A stretch of DNA of 63,698 bases from Candidatus Daviesbacteria bacterium. GTDB lineage: Bacteria > Patescibacteriota > Microgenomatia > Daviesbacterales > UBA10151. The stretch is taken from the NCBI GenBank assembly GCA_030648435.1, contig JAUSHE010000024.1, positions 1 through 63,698 on the forward strand, written 5' to 3'. The translations under genes and the position numbers were made by a program. Positions 35,237 through 44,262 of the stretch are shown piece by piece. Each line of letters starts with the position of its first letter. The stretch's first letter is position 1. The notes below the pieces were generated by a model. It had not been told where the DNA came from. It made no database searches and saw nothing but the letters and a program-made list of their open reading frames with translations.

Positions 35237-35604
35237 GGTTTATTCCTCCGTAAAGATGTTAGTTTAGGGATTTTTGATAGTTTAGTCAAATTGTGCCTTT
35301 TTGTTTTTCTAAAATAACTGGCCAGTAAGTAAGTAGCTACGGCAGTTAATATACCGGTTACGATGTTTAGAGAATCAAGAGCTTTTAAAATTAATAAAAA
35401 AATTAATCCTAAAGAGATGGCAAAAGAAATATAAAAGTTTCTTATGATTATGTTGAAAGTAAATATGAATGCCAGGAATAATGGGGTAAGAAATGAACTG
35501 ATTTGTATAAAATTTGCCTGTGTAAGAGTTTTGGGATAAGGGACCTGTAATATTACATAGATAAAAGTAACCCAAAAAAGTAAAACAGGAAGAATTCTAA
35601 TCAT
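35233..35604 (-). CDS. small integral membrane protein
   Basis: Four TM helices. ATGA-type overlap with metG. Confidence 0.45.
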   Translation of the reverse strand: MIRILPVLLFWVTFIYVILQVPYPKTLTQANFIQISSFLTPLFLAFIFTFNIIIRNFYISFAISLGLIFLLILKALDSLNIVTGILTAVATYLLASYFRKTKRHNLTKLSKIPKLTSLRRNKP

Positions 35605-35626
35605 AGCTTAATTGTAACTCAAATCG

Positions 35627-35635
35627 TGGTAGAAT
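35627..35635 (+). promoter_or_regulatory. extended -10 (TGGTAGAAT) for the DUF2130/helicase operon
   Basis: 12 nt upstream of ATG 35647. The ORF-track GTG start at 35626 lies in this element. Confidence 0.4.
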
Positions 35636-35646
35636 ATCGGCTGGTT

Positions 35647-36753
35647 ATGGATAATATTGCAACAAATTTCGTTTGCCCCAAATGTAAGGAAAAAATATCT
35701 ATAGACGAGGCTTTTAAATCTCAACTGGAAGATAAAATAAGGTTGGAGCTGCGCGGCGAATACAACGAAAAATGGCAAAACCTGCAAAAGGTGCAGAATG
35801 AGCAGTTGGAAAAACAAAAAAAAGAAATAGATACTTTCCGGGAAAATGAGTTGGCTCTAAGGAAAAAAACCCAGGAATTGGAAGAAAAAGAAAAAAATTT
35901 GGAGTTGGAAAAAGAGCGTCAGATAGATGAAGAAAGAAAAAAAATCAGAGAGAAAACAGAATTAGAAATGGAAGAAAAATATCATCTTAAGGAAAAAGAA
36001 TATGAGCAGAATATGGCAGCTATGAAGAAATCACTGGAAGATGCCCAAAGAAAAGCCAATCAGGGATCGCAGCAGATGCAGGGCGAAGTATTAGAGTTAG
36101 AACTGGAAGAAATATTAAAACGGGAGTTTCCGATTGATGATATTTTGCCCGTCGGTAAAGGCATAAAAGGAGCGGATGTTGTTCAGGTTATTAAAGACAA
36201 AATTGGTAAAGAAGCAGGGAAGATTGTCTGGGAAAGCAAAAGAACAAAGGCTTTTGGCGGTGATTGGATAGAAAAACTCAAAGAAGATATGAGGAGAGAA
36301 AAAGCAGAGATTGCCGTTTTAGTTTCTTCCGTATTACCAGCTGATATAAATATTTTTGGTTTCAAAGAGGGCGTTTATATCACAAGCTTTGAAAGTTTTT
36401 TATCGATCGCCCGGATTCTTAGAAAAAGCATTATCGATTTATCTGTAACGAAATCTTTATCTGTCGGTAAAAATGAAAAGATTGAAGCGCTTTATTCATA
36501 CATCACCAGTTCCGAGTTTGCCCATAAGATTGAATCAATGCTGGATACTTTTTCGAAAATGAAGTCGACACTGGATAAAGAGAGGCAGGTGATGGAGAGT
36601 CATTGGGCCCAGCGGGAAAAACAAATAGAGGTTTTACAAAAAAATACGCTAAATATTCACGGATCTTTTTCCGGGTTAATAGATAAACCTCTTACTCAAA
36701 TTGAAAGCATAGAATTTGAGGAGATAGAAATAACGCTAGATGATAACAAATGA
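35647..36753 (+). CDS. DUF2130-like protein (Zn-ribbon, long coiled coil, nuclease-like C-terminal domain)
   Basis: CPKCKEKISIDEAF, Glu/Lys coiled coil, GADVVQVI...IVWESKRTK (D...E-x-K). Confidence 0.6.
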   Translation: MDNIATNFVCPKCKEKISIDEAFKSQLEDKIRLELRGEYNEKWQNLQKVQNEQLEKQKKEIDTFRENELALRKKTQELEEKEKNLELEKERQIDEERKKIREKTELEMEEKYHLKEKEYEQNMAAMKKSLEDAQRKANQGSQQMQGEVLELELEEILKREFPIDDILPVGKGIKGADVVQVIKDKIGKEAGKIVWESKRTKAFGGDWIEKLKEDMRREKAEIAVLVSSVLPADINIFGFKEGVYITSFESFLSIARILRKSIIDLSVTKSLSVGKNEKIEALYSYITSSEFAHKIESMLDTFSKMKSTLDKERQVMESHWAQREKQIEVLQKNTLNIHGSFSGLIDKPLTQIESIEFEEIEITLDDNK

Positions 36754-39637
36754 GTTTAAGAGTTCGTATACAAGTTTAAATAAAGAACAAAAACAGGCCG
36801 TTGATATGATCGAGGGTCCGGTGATGGTGATTGCTGGTCCGGGAACCGGCAAGACCCAGATTTTAACCCTACGGATTGCCAATATTCTTCTTCAAACCCA
36901 AATTAACCCGGAAAATATTTTAGCTTTAACTTTCTCTGAGGCCGCCAGTTTTGAAATGAGAGAGAGGCTTTCAAGAATTATCGGGACACCGGCATATAGG
37001 GTGGAGATTTCAACTTTTCATTCATTTGCCAATAGCATCATCAAAAATTATCCTGATGAATTTCCCCATCTTTTATCCGCAGAATCTATCACCGAGATTG
37101 AGCAACTGGAATTGATTGAAAAATTATTAAATTCGCTGGACCTAAAAATCCTACAGCCTTTTGGCGATCCGCTTTATTATATCAGGGATATTTTATCTGT
37201 AATTAATGATTTAAAAAAAGAAGATATTTCGCCTCTTAATTTAGAAGATGCAATCAAAAAACAAGTGGATGATTTTGGAAATATAGATGATTTATATCAT
37301 GAAAAAGGTAAATACAAAGGAGAAATTAAAGGCAAATATCAGGATCTTAAAAAAGACATAGAAAAATTAAAAGAATTCTTTGTTGTGTTTATGGCTTATC
37401 AAAAAGCTTTAATAACAGAAAAAAAATATGATTTTAACGACATGCTGCTTGAAGTAATCAAAGTTCTAAAAACTAATAAATCACTGCTTCTTCGGGTTCA
37501 GGAAAAGTTTCAATATATATTAATTGATGAGCACCAAGATACCAATGCCGCCCAAAATAGATTAGTTGAATTAATTGCCGGCTTTTTTGAAATGCCAAAT
37601 TTATTTGTCGTAGGAGATGAAAAACAGGCGATTTACCGTTTTCAAGGAGCATCACTCGAGAATTTTTTATATTTTAAAAAAATTTACCCGCAGGCAAAAT
37701 TAATTAATTTAGCTAAAAATTACCGCTCGCATAAAACTATTTTAGATGCTTCCCAAAGTTTGATTGAAAAAAATATTAGCGCCAATATCCTGCCAAAACA
37801 GGACCTGATAACCGGCACAAAAATTAAAAAAGAAAAACTAAAAGTAGCTGCTTTTACAAGTTTTAATCTGGAGTATGAATATGTGGCAGCCGATATTCTC
37901 AAAAAAATAAAACATGGCCTGCCTTCTTCAGAAATGGCGGTTCTCGCCAGGCGCAATATGGATTTGCTGCCCCTCTCGCAATCTCTGGGAAGATTGGGTG
38001 TGAAATTTATTATTCAGGCTGACTTAAATATTTTAAACGATCTGCAGATTCAGAAATTATTGTTTATTTTTGAGGCAATTAATCATCCTTTTGATGAAGT
38101 TTATTTGACTCAGGCGATGCATGTAGATTTTAGCGGCATTGATCCGTTTGATATATATGAGGGCAAGGAGTCAAAAGCCATCAAAGATTTTAATTCAAAA
38201 TATAAAGGTTGGGTAAAGCTAAATAATAATATCCCGTTTGACGATTTTTTTGTGAAAGTAATTAATGAGTCCGGATTTAAGAAACACCTGCTGAAACTTG
38301 ATGCTAGGTATCAGGTATTAAATAAGTTGATTGGTTTGTTTGATGAAATTAAATTACAAGTAAATAAAGATCCTAAATTTAATCTGGATGTTTTTTTACG
38401 TCTACTGCAAACAGTTGAAAAGCATAAACTTTCCCTAAAAGCCAAAGTAGACCATTCTCTTGAAGAAGGGGTCAGACTTTTGACTGTTCATAAATCTAAG
38501 GGACTGGAGTTTAACTCGGTTTATATTTTAAATTGTTTTGACAGCAGATGGGGGAATTCCAGGAAAAGGGGGGCGAAAATTAAAATACCCTGGGAATATT
38601 TTGGTGAAAATATTAAAACTGATATATCTTTTGAAGAAATTGAGGATGAAAGACGGTTGTTTTATGTAGCGCTAACCAGGGCAAAAAGAGAAGTGATTCT
38701 TACGTATTCGAAATTTGGGATAGACGGCAAAGAACAGTTGCCAAGCCAATTTTTAGAAGAAATTGACAAAAAGTTTTTAGAAGAAATTGATACGGCCAAA
38801 TTTGAGAAAACTTTTGATCGTCTGAAATTACTTGATTCTCCTCAAAAAGTAAGTATCAATCCCAAAGATAAAAAGTATTTGCAGAGTTTGTTTTCTGAAA
38901 AAGGATTATCTGTGACAGGTCTTGAGAATTTTCTTGAGTGTCCCTGGAAATACTTTTTCAGGAATTTAGTGGCACTGCCGGATGTCAAAAATAAACACTT
39001 AATTTTTGGAACAGCTGTACATTTCGCCCTGGATTCCTTTATTAAATCAAGGCGTGTTAAAAAAATGGGGATTAATTTTTTGTTGGATAAATTTCATGAA
39101 TCTTTAAAGAAAGAAGCAATGACAGAAAAAGACCAAAAAGAAATTTCGGAAAAAGGGGAGAAAGTTTTAAAACTTTTCTATGAAACAGTCATTCCTACCT
39201 GGCCTGAAAAAATTCAAAGTGAATTAAGGGTAAGAGGAGTTAAGTTTGAGGAAGGTGTTATTCTTAACGGGAGAATCGATATGCTGGAAATGTTTTCCAG
39301 TGATAACTTGGTCAGGGTGCATGATTTCAAAACCGGTAAGATAAAGCCCCGCACCTATCCGGCTTACTTTAGACAACTTACTTTTTACAAGATACTCCTT
39401 GATAAATATAAAGAAGGTTTATTCAAAATGAAAGAAGGGGTGATTGACTTTGTAGAGCCGGATCCAAAAGGCAGATTTCGCAGTGAAGTGTTTATGATAA
39501 GTGATAATGATGTCAAAGAACTGGAAATAGTAATAAAATCCGTTGCGGCTCAAATTATAAACCTTTCATTCTGGGACCAAAAATGCGACGACAAAACTTG
39601 CGACTACTGCCGTCTAAAAGAAATGGTTTTTAATTAA
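36740..39637 (+). CDS. UvrD/PcrA-type helicase fused to a Cas4/RecB-like PD-(D/E)XK nuclease (AddA/AddB-like)
   Basis: AGPGTGKTQ, IDEHQDTN, VHKSKGLEF, YVALTRAK. C-terminal CPWKYF...GRIDML...VHDFKTG...QLTFYKILL...CDDKTCDYC. Confidence 0.8.
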   Translation: MITNEFKSSYTSLNKEQKQAVDMIEGPVMVIAGPGTGKTQILTLRIANILLQTQINPENILALTFSEAASFEMRERLSRIIGTPAYRVEISTFHSFANSIIKNYPDEFPHLLSAESITEIEQLELIEKLLNSLDLKILQPFGDPLYYIRDILSVINDLKKEDISPLNLEDAIKKQVDDFGNIDDLYHEKGKYKGEIKGKYQDLKKDIEKLKEFFVVFMAYQKALITEKKYDFNDMLLEVIKVLKTNKSLLLRVQEKFQYILIDEHQDTNAAQNRLVELIAGFFEMPNLFVVGDEKQAIYRFQGASLENFLYFKKIYPQAKLINLAKNYRSHKTILDASQSLIEKNISANILPKQDLITGTKIKKEKLKVAAFTSFNLEYEYVAADILKKIKHGLPSSEMAVLARRNMDLLPLSQSLGRLGVKFIIQADLNILNDLQIQKLLFIFEAINHPFDEVYLTQAMHVDFSGIDPFDIYEGKESKAIKDFNSKYKGWVKLNNNIPFDDFFVKVINESGFKKHLLKLDARYQVLNKLIGLFDEIKLQVNKDPKFNLDVFLRLLQTVEKHKLSLKAKVDHSLEEGVRLLTVHKSKGLEFNSVYILNCFDSRWGNSRKRGAKIKIPWEYFGENIKTDISFEEIEDERRLFYVALTRAKREVILTYSKFGIDGKEQLPSQFLEEIDKKFLEEIDTAKFEKTFDRLKLLDSPQKVSINPKDKKYLQSLFSEKGLSVTGLENFLECPWKYFFRNLVALPDVKNKHLIFGTAVHFALDSFIKSRRVKKMGINFLLDKFHESLKKEAMTEKDQKEISEKGEKVLKLFYETVIPTWPEKIQSELRVRGVKFEEGVILNGRIDMLEMFSSDNLVRVHDFKTGKIKPRTYPAYFRQLTFYKILLDKYKEGLFKMKEGVIDFVEPDPKGRFRSEVFMISDNDVKELEIVIKSVAAQIINLSFWDQKCDDKTCDYCRLKEMVFN

Positions 39638-39638
39638 A

Positions 39639-40673
39639 ATGTATAAATTAAGAATAAGTACATTGCAAAAAAAGTTAAAAGAAGAAAAATTGGATGCGGT
39701 TTTGGTGTCTTCTGTTTCTAATATTACTTATCTTTCAGGTTATGCGAATTTTTCCGAAAAAGAACGGGAAGCGTATATTTTCATCGGAGCCGATTTTGCT
39801 TATTTAATTTCCGATGCCAGATATATGGAAGAAATTAAAAGTAATGTTCCCCATTTAACTTTTTTTGAAAGAAGTCATAAAAATCCAATTGCTGATTTGT
39901 TTAAAAAACATAAAATAAAAAACTTAGGAATTGAAGAAAATAATTTAACAGTGAGCGAGTTTAAGTTGATAAAAAGGCATTTTAAAAACTTAAAACATTT
40001 TGAAATTTCAAGAAGTATCAAAACGAAAAAAGAAATCGACAAAATCGAAAAAGCCTGCAAAATTGGGGATATGGCTTTTGAATATATTTTGAAGAAATTT
40101 AAAGCTGGGGTTACTGAAAAGGAAATTGCAAAAGATATGGAAAACCTTGTGAGAGATAGAAGTGCAGAATTTTCTTTTCCTGCAATTGTAGCCTTTGGTA
40201 AAAATTCTGCGGTACCGCATCATCATACAGGAGAAACAGTGCTAAATGAAAATGAATTTGTTTTGCTTGATTTTGGTGTTAAGTTTGAGAATTATTGTTC
40301 AGATATGACAAGGACTTTCTTCTTTGGAAAACCAAATAAGAAACAGAAAAATATGTATCAAGCGGTTCTTAAAGCACAGCAAAAAGCAGTTGAAGCAATA
40401 GAGCAGGGAGAAAGAAAGGTGGCAAAAATTTTTAAGGCAGCAGGCCTTGCCATTCCTCATTCTTTGGGTCATGGCATTGGTCTGGAAGTTCATGAAGCTC
40501 CCCATATTTCACCAAAGAGTAAAGAGATATTAAAAGAGGGCATGGTGTTTTCTATAGAACCTGGCATTTATATTCCTAATTTTGGAGGAGTAAGGATAGA
40601 AGATTTATTTGTTTTAGAAAAGAATAGTTTAAGAAAATTAACCCATGCTTCGGTAGAGCCAAAAATTATCTAA
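39639..40673 (+). CDS. M24-family Xaa-Pro aminopeptidase
   Basis: Creatinase-like N-domain, then FVLLDFGVKFENYCSDMTRT, HSLGHGIGLEVHE, EPGIY...RIED. Confidence 0.85.
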   Translation: MYKLRISTLQKKLKEEKLDAVLVSSVSNITYLSGYANFSEKEREAYIFIGADFAYLISDARYMEEIKSNVPHLTFFERSHKNPIADLFKKHKIKNLGIEENNLTVSEFKLIKRHFKNLKHFEISRSIKTKKEIDKIEKACKIGDMAFEYILKKFKAGVTEKEIAKDMENLVRDRSAEFSFPAIVAFGKNSAVPHHHTGETVLNENEFVLLDFGVKFENYCSDMTRTFFFGKPNKKQKNMYQAVLKAQQKAVEAIEQGERKVAKIFKAAGLAIPHSLGHGIGLEVHEAPHISPKSKEILKEGMVFSIEPGIYIPNFGGVRIEDLFVLEKNSLRKLTHASVEPKII

Positions 40674-41147
40674 TTTTTTAAAAGGTTTCCAGACTGTAAA
40701 GTGATAAGTTTGAGTAATAACCATGGATCCTTTTTTTAATTCTTTCTGCAATTTTTCTTCCAATTTCTTTACGCCTTTGTGTAAAAGATAAATATAAACA
40801 ATGTCTGCATCTGAGTAAGATTTTGCAAAAATATTGTCGTGAATAAATTTAGCATTCCCAGACCTGGTCTGGGAGGCTAATTTGTAGCGGGAATAAAGGA
40901 CACGGAGCCATGATTGCTCAATACCGATAGAATCTGCACCAAGTTTTGCTCCTTCAAAAACGACCCGGCCATCTCCTGACCCTAATTCATAAAATTTCTT
41001 ACCCTTTTTTACGCCGGCCAGTTTTAAGACTTTTCTTATTTTGTCCATTTTGGTGGGGACATATGGGGCATCGGTCCCGGCAAACCAGGAAAGACCAATG
41101 ATGCAGCCAATTAAAATACCTCCTGCGATGATTAAAGTTAGATCCAT
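40638..41147 (-). CDS. class I SAM-dependent methyltransferase with N-terminal TM
   Basis: Motif I YELGSGDGRVV. Confidence 0.65.
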   Translation of the reverse strand: MDLTLIIAGGILIGCIIGLSWFAGTDAPYVPTKMDKIRKVLKLAGVKKGKKFYELGSGDGRVVFEGAKLGADSIGIEQSWLRVLYSRYKLASQTRSGNAKFIHDNIFAKSYSDADIVYIYLLHKGVKKLEEKLQKELKKGSMVITQTYHFTVWKPFKKLDNFWLYRSMG

Positions 41148-42170
41148 TTATTTCCCAAGCAACTTTAACAGAAAAATCTTAAGCGGGGTTAATTTATCTA
41201 TAGCAGTAAAAGTTAGATACACTGGCCAGTTAAATACTAAATCATAAGTTCCGATATATTCTACTAATTTTCCGCCATAACCCAGTTTAAATTTATGAAA
41301 CCCATACCAGGAGTCTTTTGCATCAGCATCCGGTCCCAGCGCTCCCCACATATCAAACTTTTTTAATCCCATTTTTTTGCCTAATTTTATTGCTTCCCAG
41401 GCTGTTAAATTATTTGCCATAACTTCAGAATGGGTTTTAGAAGAGCCGCCATAAGGATAGTAGAGTGTATCTTTGAAATTTAACAGCATCCAGGCGGTAA
41501 GAGGTTCATGGTTATTAGTTCGTGGTTCGTAGTAAGCAATAAGAAGACGCGCCATGCCGGCATCCCGAAGTGTCTTCCAAACTTTGCGGTGATAGTTTTT
41601 ATTGTGTCCATGGTAACCTTGTCTTTTTGTAGTTTCAAAATATAATTTTAAATAGATTTCAAAGGCTTCGTCATCAACTCTTTCTTCTGTTTTCACTCCA
41701 TGCTTTTGAGCAACTTTAATGTTATATCTTGTTTTCGGATGCATATTTTTTAACAAATCTTCCTCTGATTTTGTTAAATCCAGGACAAAGTTATATTTGG
41801 TAAAAAGGGGTTTAGGCGAGGGATGAAAGTCTGACGGTAGACGGTAGACGGTAGACGGTAGACAAATATCCGGTTCTAACTTAATAAACGCGCAATGATT
41901 TTCTTTGCCGATTTTTATTAAGGCTTCAGCTAGTTCTTTATCAGGCTTTGGTCCTTTTGGTAAGTAGCCGACATATTGATTAACAAATGGGATTTTATGC
42001 AAAGTTAACTGAAACGCTTTTGTTAATTGATTATTTTTGTATAATCCATATCGTAAAACCTGGGTGCCTAGGCACCTTCTAAACTTTCCCCACTCAAAAG
42101 ATTGAATCACATGAGTGACTAATTTATTGTATTGAGATTGCTGATTATTCGTAATTGGCCGTAAGTCCAT
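41148..42170 (-). CDS. FemAB-family peptidoglycan bridge-forming aminoacyltransferase
   Basis: FemAB-like LQSFEWGKF..., TLYYPYGGSS, FDMWGA. Confidence 0.75.
   Translation of the reverse strand: MDLRPITNNQQSQYNKLVTHVIQSFEWGKFRRCLGTQVLRYGLYKNNQLTKAFQLTLHKIPFVNQYVGYLPKGPKPDKELAEALIKIGKENHCAFIKLEPDICLPSTVYRLPSDFHPSPKPLFTKYNFVLDLTKSEEDLLKNMHPKTRYNIKVAQKHGVKTEERVDDEAFEIYLKLYFETTKRQGYHGHNKNYHRKVWKTLRDAGMARLLIAYYEPRTNNHEPLTAWMLLNFKDTLYYPYGGSSKTHSEVMANNLTAWEAIKLGKKMGLKKFDMWGALGPDADAKDSWYGFHKFKLGYGGKLVEYIGTYDLVFNWPVYLTFTAIDKLTPLKIFLLKLLGK
41503..41537. repeat. heptamer patch inside the femAB-like gene
   Basis: GGTTCAT GGTTATT AGTTCGT GGTTCGT AGTAAGC. Confidence 0.55.
41831..41865. repeat. near-perfect heptamer tandem repeat inside the femAB-like gene
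   Basis: CTGACGG TAGACGG TAGACGG TAGACGG TAGACAA, translated LPSTVYRLPS. Confidence 0.9.
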
Positions 42171-42182
42171 GCGACCATTATA

Positions 42183-42839
42183 CTAGAATATCTGGATTTT
42201 GGCTTTTTGGCGGAGGTCCTGGAATTTCTGGGAGAAAATTTGAGATAATTTCTGGTTTTTAATAGCATCCTCTGCTTCTTTTTCCTGTCCTGCTGAATCA
42301 GTGGCCTGCAGTTGAGCTTTATTTTGTTCTATGAATTGTGCAACCTCTTCTGCAGAAATTGTTGCTTCATTTGCGTAGAGCTTTTCAATAGTTGTTTGTA
42401 ATTTAATTTGTTGTCTAATACTTGATCTGGTTTGTCCTTGTTGAGAAAGCAATCCGTCCAAAGCTTGTGCTCCTCCTACATTTGCTTCTATTCCAGATAT
42501 TTTTTTATCAATATCACTTGCCGTTACGGCAACATTATTTTTAGTTGCTTCGCCGAGAATAATTTTTTCATTGATAAGAGAATTCAAGGTTTGAGTTCTA
42601 AATTGTTCATTTAAACGCATTTGCAATTCCAGATTTGAAACAGGTGAGCCGTTTACCGTTGCGGCTACAATCCAATTTTTCTTATATAGGACCAACAACA
42701 AAAGTCCCAGGGCAATTAAAACTATATAGAACATTTTTGAAGAACGGAATTTTTTAAAAGAGTCAAGTTTACCTAATAAAATATTAGTAGTTTTAAATGG
42801 AATAATGGATTGTGTTGTTGCAGGAGTTTTTTTAGCCAT
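42183..42839 (-). CDS. SurA-N/PpiC-chaperone-like secreted protein (no rotamase domain seen)
   Basis: TM anchor, then VNGSPVSNLELQMRLNEQ...INEKIILGEA. Start trimmed to MAKKTP. Confidence 0.45.
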   Translation of the reverse strand: MAKKTPATTQSIIPFKTTNILLGKLDSFKKFRSSKMFYIVLIALGLLLLVLYKKNWIVAATVNGSPVSNLELQMRLNEQFRTQTLNSLINEKIILGEATKNNVAVTASDIDKKISGIEANVGGAQALDGLLSQQGQTRSSIRQQIKLQTTIEKLYANEATISAEEVAQFIEQNKAQLQATDSAGQEKEAEDAIKNQKLSQIFSQKFQDLRQKAKIQIF

Positions 42840-42896
42840 TGACCGATGATAACAGAAGAAATTGTATTTTTGCAATAGTTAAATTATGATTGATAC

Positions 42897-43526
42897 ATGC
42901 AAAAGGGTACTGCCCAACTTTTATTGCTTCTTACAGTAGTGCTTCTTCTTGGGGTAGGTGTATATTTTTACAAGACTTCAAAAGAAAATGATTTACAAAC
43001 TGCGAAATTAACTGTCCAAAAACCATCAGAATTTATTGACTATGTAAATAAAGATTTTGGCTTTGAATTTAAGTATTCAAAGGAGTTGCAAGTGAAGGTT
43101 GATACAGAAGAAGAATTCAATAAACGGAGTAATGGGAATTTTAGGAAGAATTTTACAGGTTATGTAGGTTATGAACCGGGGCAGGTTTTAGGGGCAGTGG
43201 CAGTTTTAGACCAAAGCGGCTCTTTTGATAATAATCCTTTTTCTGTCTGGGTATTTGATAACCCTGATGGTTTAACAGTTAATGGTTGGTTTGATAAATA
43301 TTGGTATTACCCATTTTTATGGGGAGTATTTGACTATTTGTCAAAAAGTCACATTACTCCTGATACAGAAGCTACAATTAGCGGACAACTAACAAAATAT
43401 AAAATTGTTTCCTACCAACTAAGTTCCCCAAAATATCTTTATTTATCAAAAGAGAAGAAGATGTATTTATTTAGAGTTATCGGAGAGACCGGGGACAAAA
43501 TTTTATCCGGCTTTAAATTTCTATAA
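42897..43526 (+). CDS. hypothetical exported protein
   Basis: Signal/TM AQLLLLLTVVLLLGVGVYF. Aromatic-rich body. Confidence 0.4.
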   Translation: MQKGTAQLLLLLTVVLLLGVGVYFYKTSKENDLQTAKLTVQKPSEFIDYVNKDFGFEFKYSKELQVKVDTEEEFNKRSNGNFRKNFTGYVGYEPGQVLGAVAVLDQSGSFDNNPFSVWVFDNPDGLTVNGWFDKYWYYPFLWGVFDYLSKSHITPDTEATISGQLTKYKIVSYQLSSPKYLYLSKEKKMYLFRVIGETGDKILSGFKFL

Positions 43527-44261
43527 TAAATAAATATCTACAAATCTTGCGCTCCAGCCGGCGGTCTTGGCATCTTCAAAGCCCAGATCAATGATATTTC
43601 CTTTAATTGCTCCGCCAGTATCTCCGGCAATAGCCATGCCATATCCGGGTACATAAAGTTTGGTTCTATATTTAATAACTTTTGGATCAACAGCTATCAC
43701 ACCTTTGCCTTGTCTCATGCCGATCGAAGTCCACTCATCGCAGCCGGGACAGCGTGAATCATAGTGGGTGGCATAAACCCGCATCTTCTTCCAGTATTTA
43801 ATCTCGCCGTCAGGGGTTTGTAGGGTTTTCCAGACAATTTTTGTACCCCGTAAAATCTTTTTATCTTGGGCCGGAGTTGTTTCAACAGAAATAAGTTCTC
43901 TGGAATATTCTTCACCTTGGCTCACCTCGGAGGTGGGCTTTGACTCCTCCGAGGTGGTTGCCGGTTTGGAGTAGGTTATTTTATAAATCTTAATTTTTTT
44001 GCCGTCTGTTCCTTCTTCCAAGACTTTTTCTTCTCCTGCTTCTACCTCCGGATCATCCTGATAAATTGTTTTTCTTGGTAAACTTTCTATTTCTTCCCGG
44101 AGTTTTTCGGTAAACGAGGACTCGGTAGTAATAGGTTGGTTAATAGGTAATGTTTCTGTTGGAGAAAGCGTGGAATCACCTAAAACAGTAGGAGCCTGAA
44201 AGATACTTTTGGCAAAGAAAGTAAGCGCTATTATTAAGATAATCCCAAGATATTTTTCCAT
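43521..44261 (-). CDS. G5 + 3D-domain (MltA/RlpA-like barrel) cell-wall protein
   Basis: G5-like EEGTDGKKIKIYKITY. 3D-domain ATHYDSRCPGC...IAVDPKVIKYRTKLYVPGYGMAIAGDTGGAIKG. Confidence 0.7.
   Translation of the reverse strand: MEKYLGIILIIALTFFAKSIFQAPTVLGDSTLSPTETLPINQPITTESSFTEKLREEIESLPRKTIYQDDPEVEAGEEKVLEEGTDGKKIKIYKITYSKPATTSEESKPTSEVSQGEEYSRELISVETTPAQDKKILRGTKIVWKTLQTPDGEIKYWKKMRVYATHYDSRCPGCDEWTSIGMRQGKGVIAVDPKVIKYRTKLYVPGYGMAIAGDTGGAIKGNIIDLGFEDAKTAGWSARFVDIYLL
43923..43956. repeat. family-A hairpin element, copy 3 (inside the 3D-domain gene)
   Basis: CACCTCGGAGG TGGGCTTTGACT CCTCCGAGGTG. Confidence 0.9.
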
Positions 44262-44262
44262 C

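Noticed and set aside
38750-38790. In-frame 24-nt-period duplication FLEEIDKK FLEEIDTA in the helicase-nuclease gene
   Set aside because: This is a simple local duplication in a linker, with no recurrence elsewhere in the window. It is noted but not considered a system.
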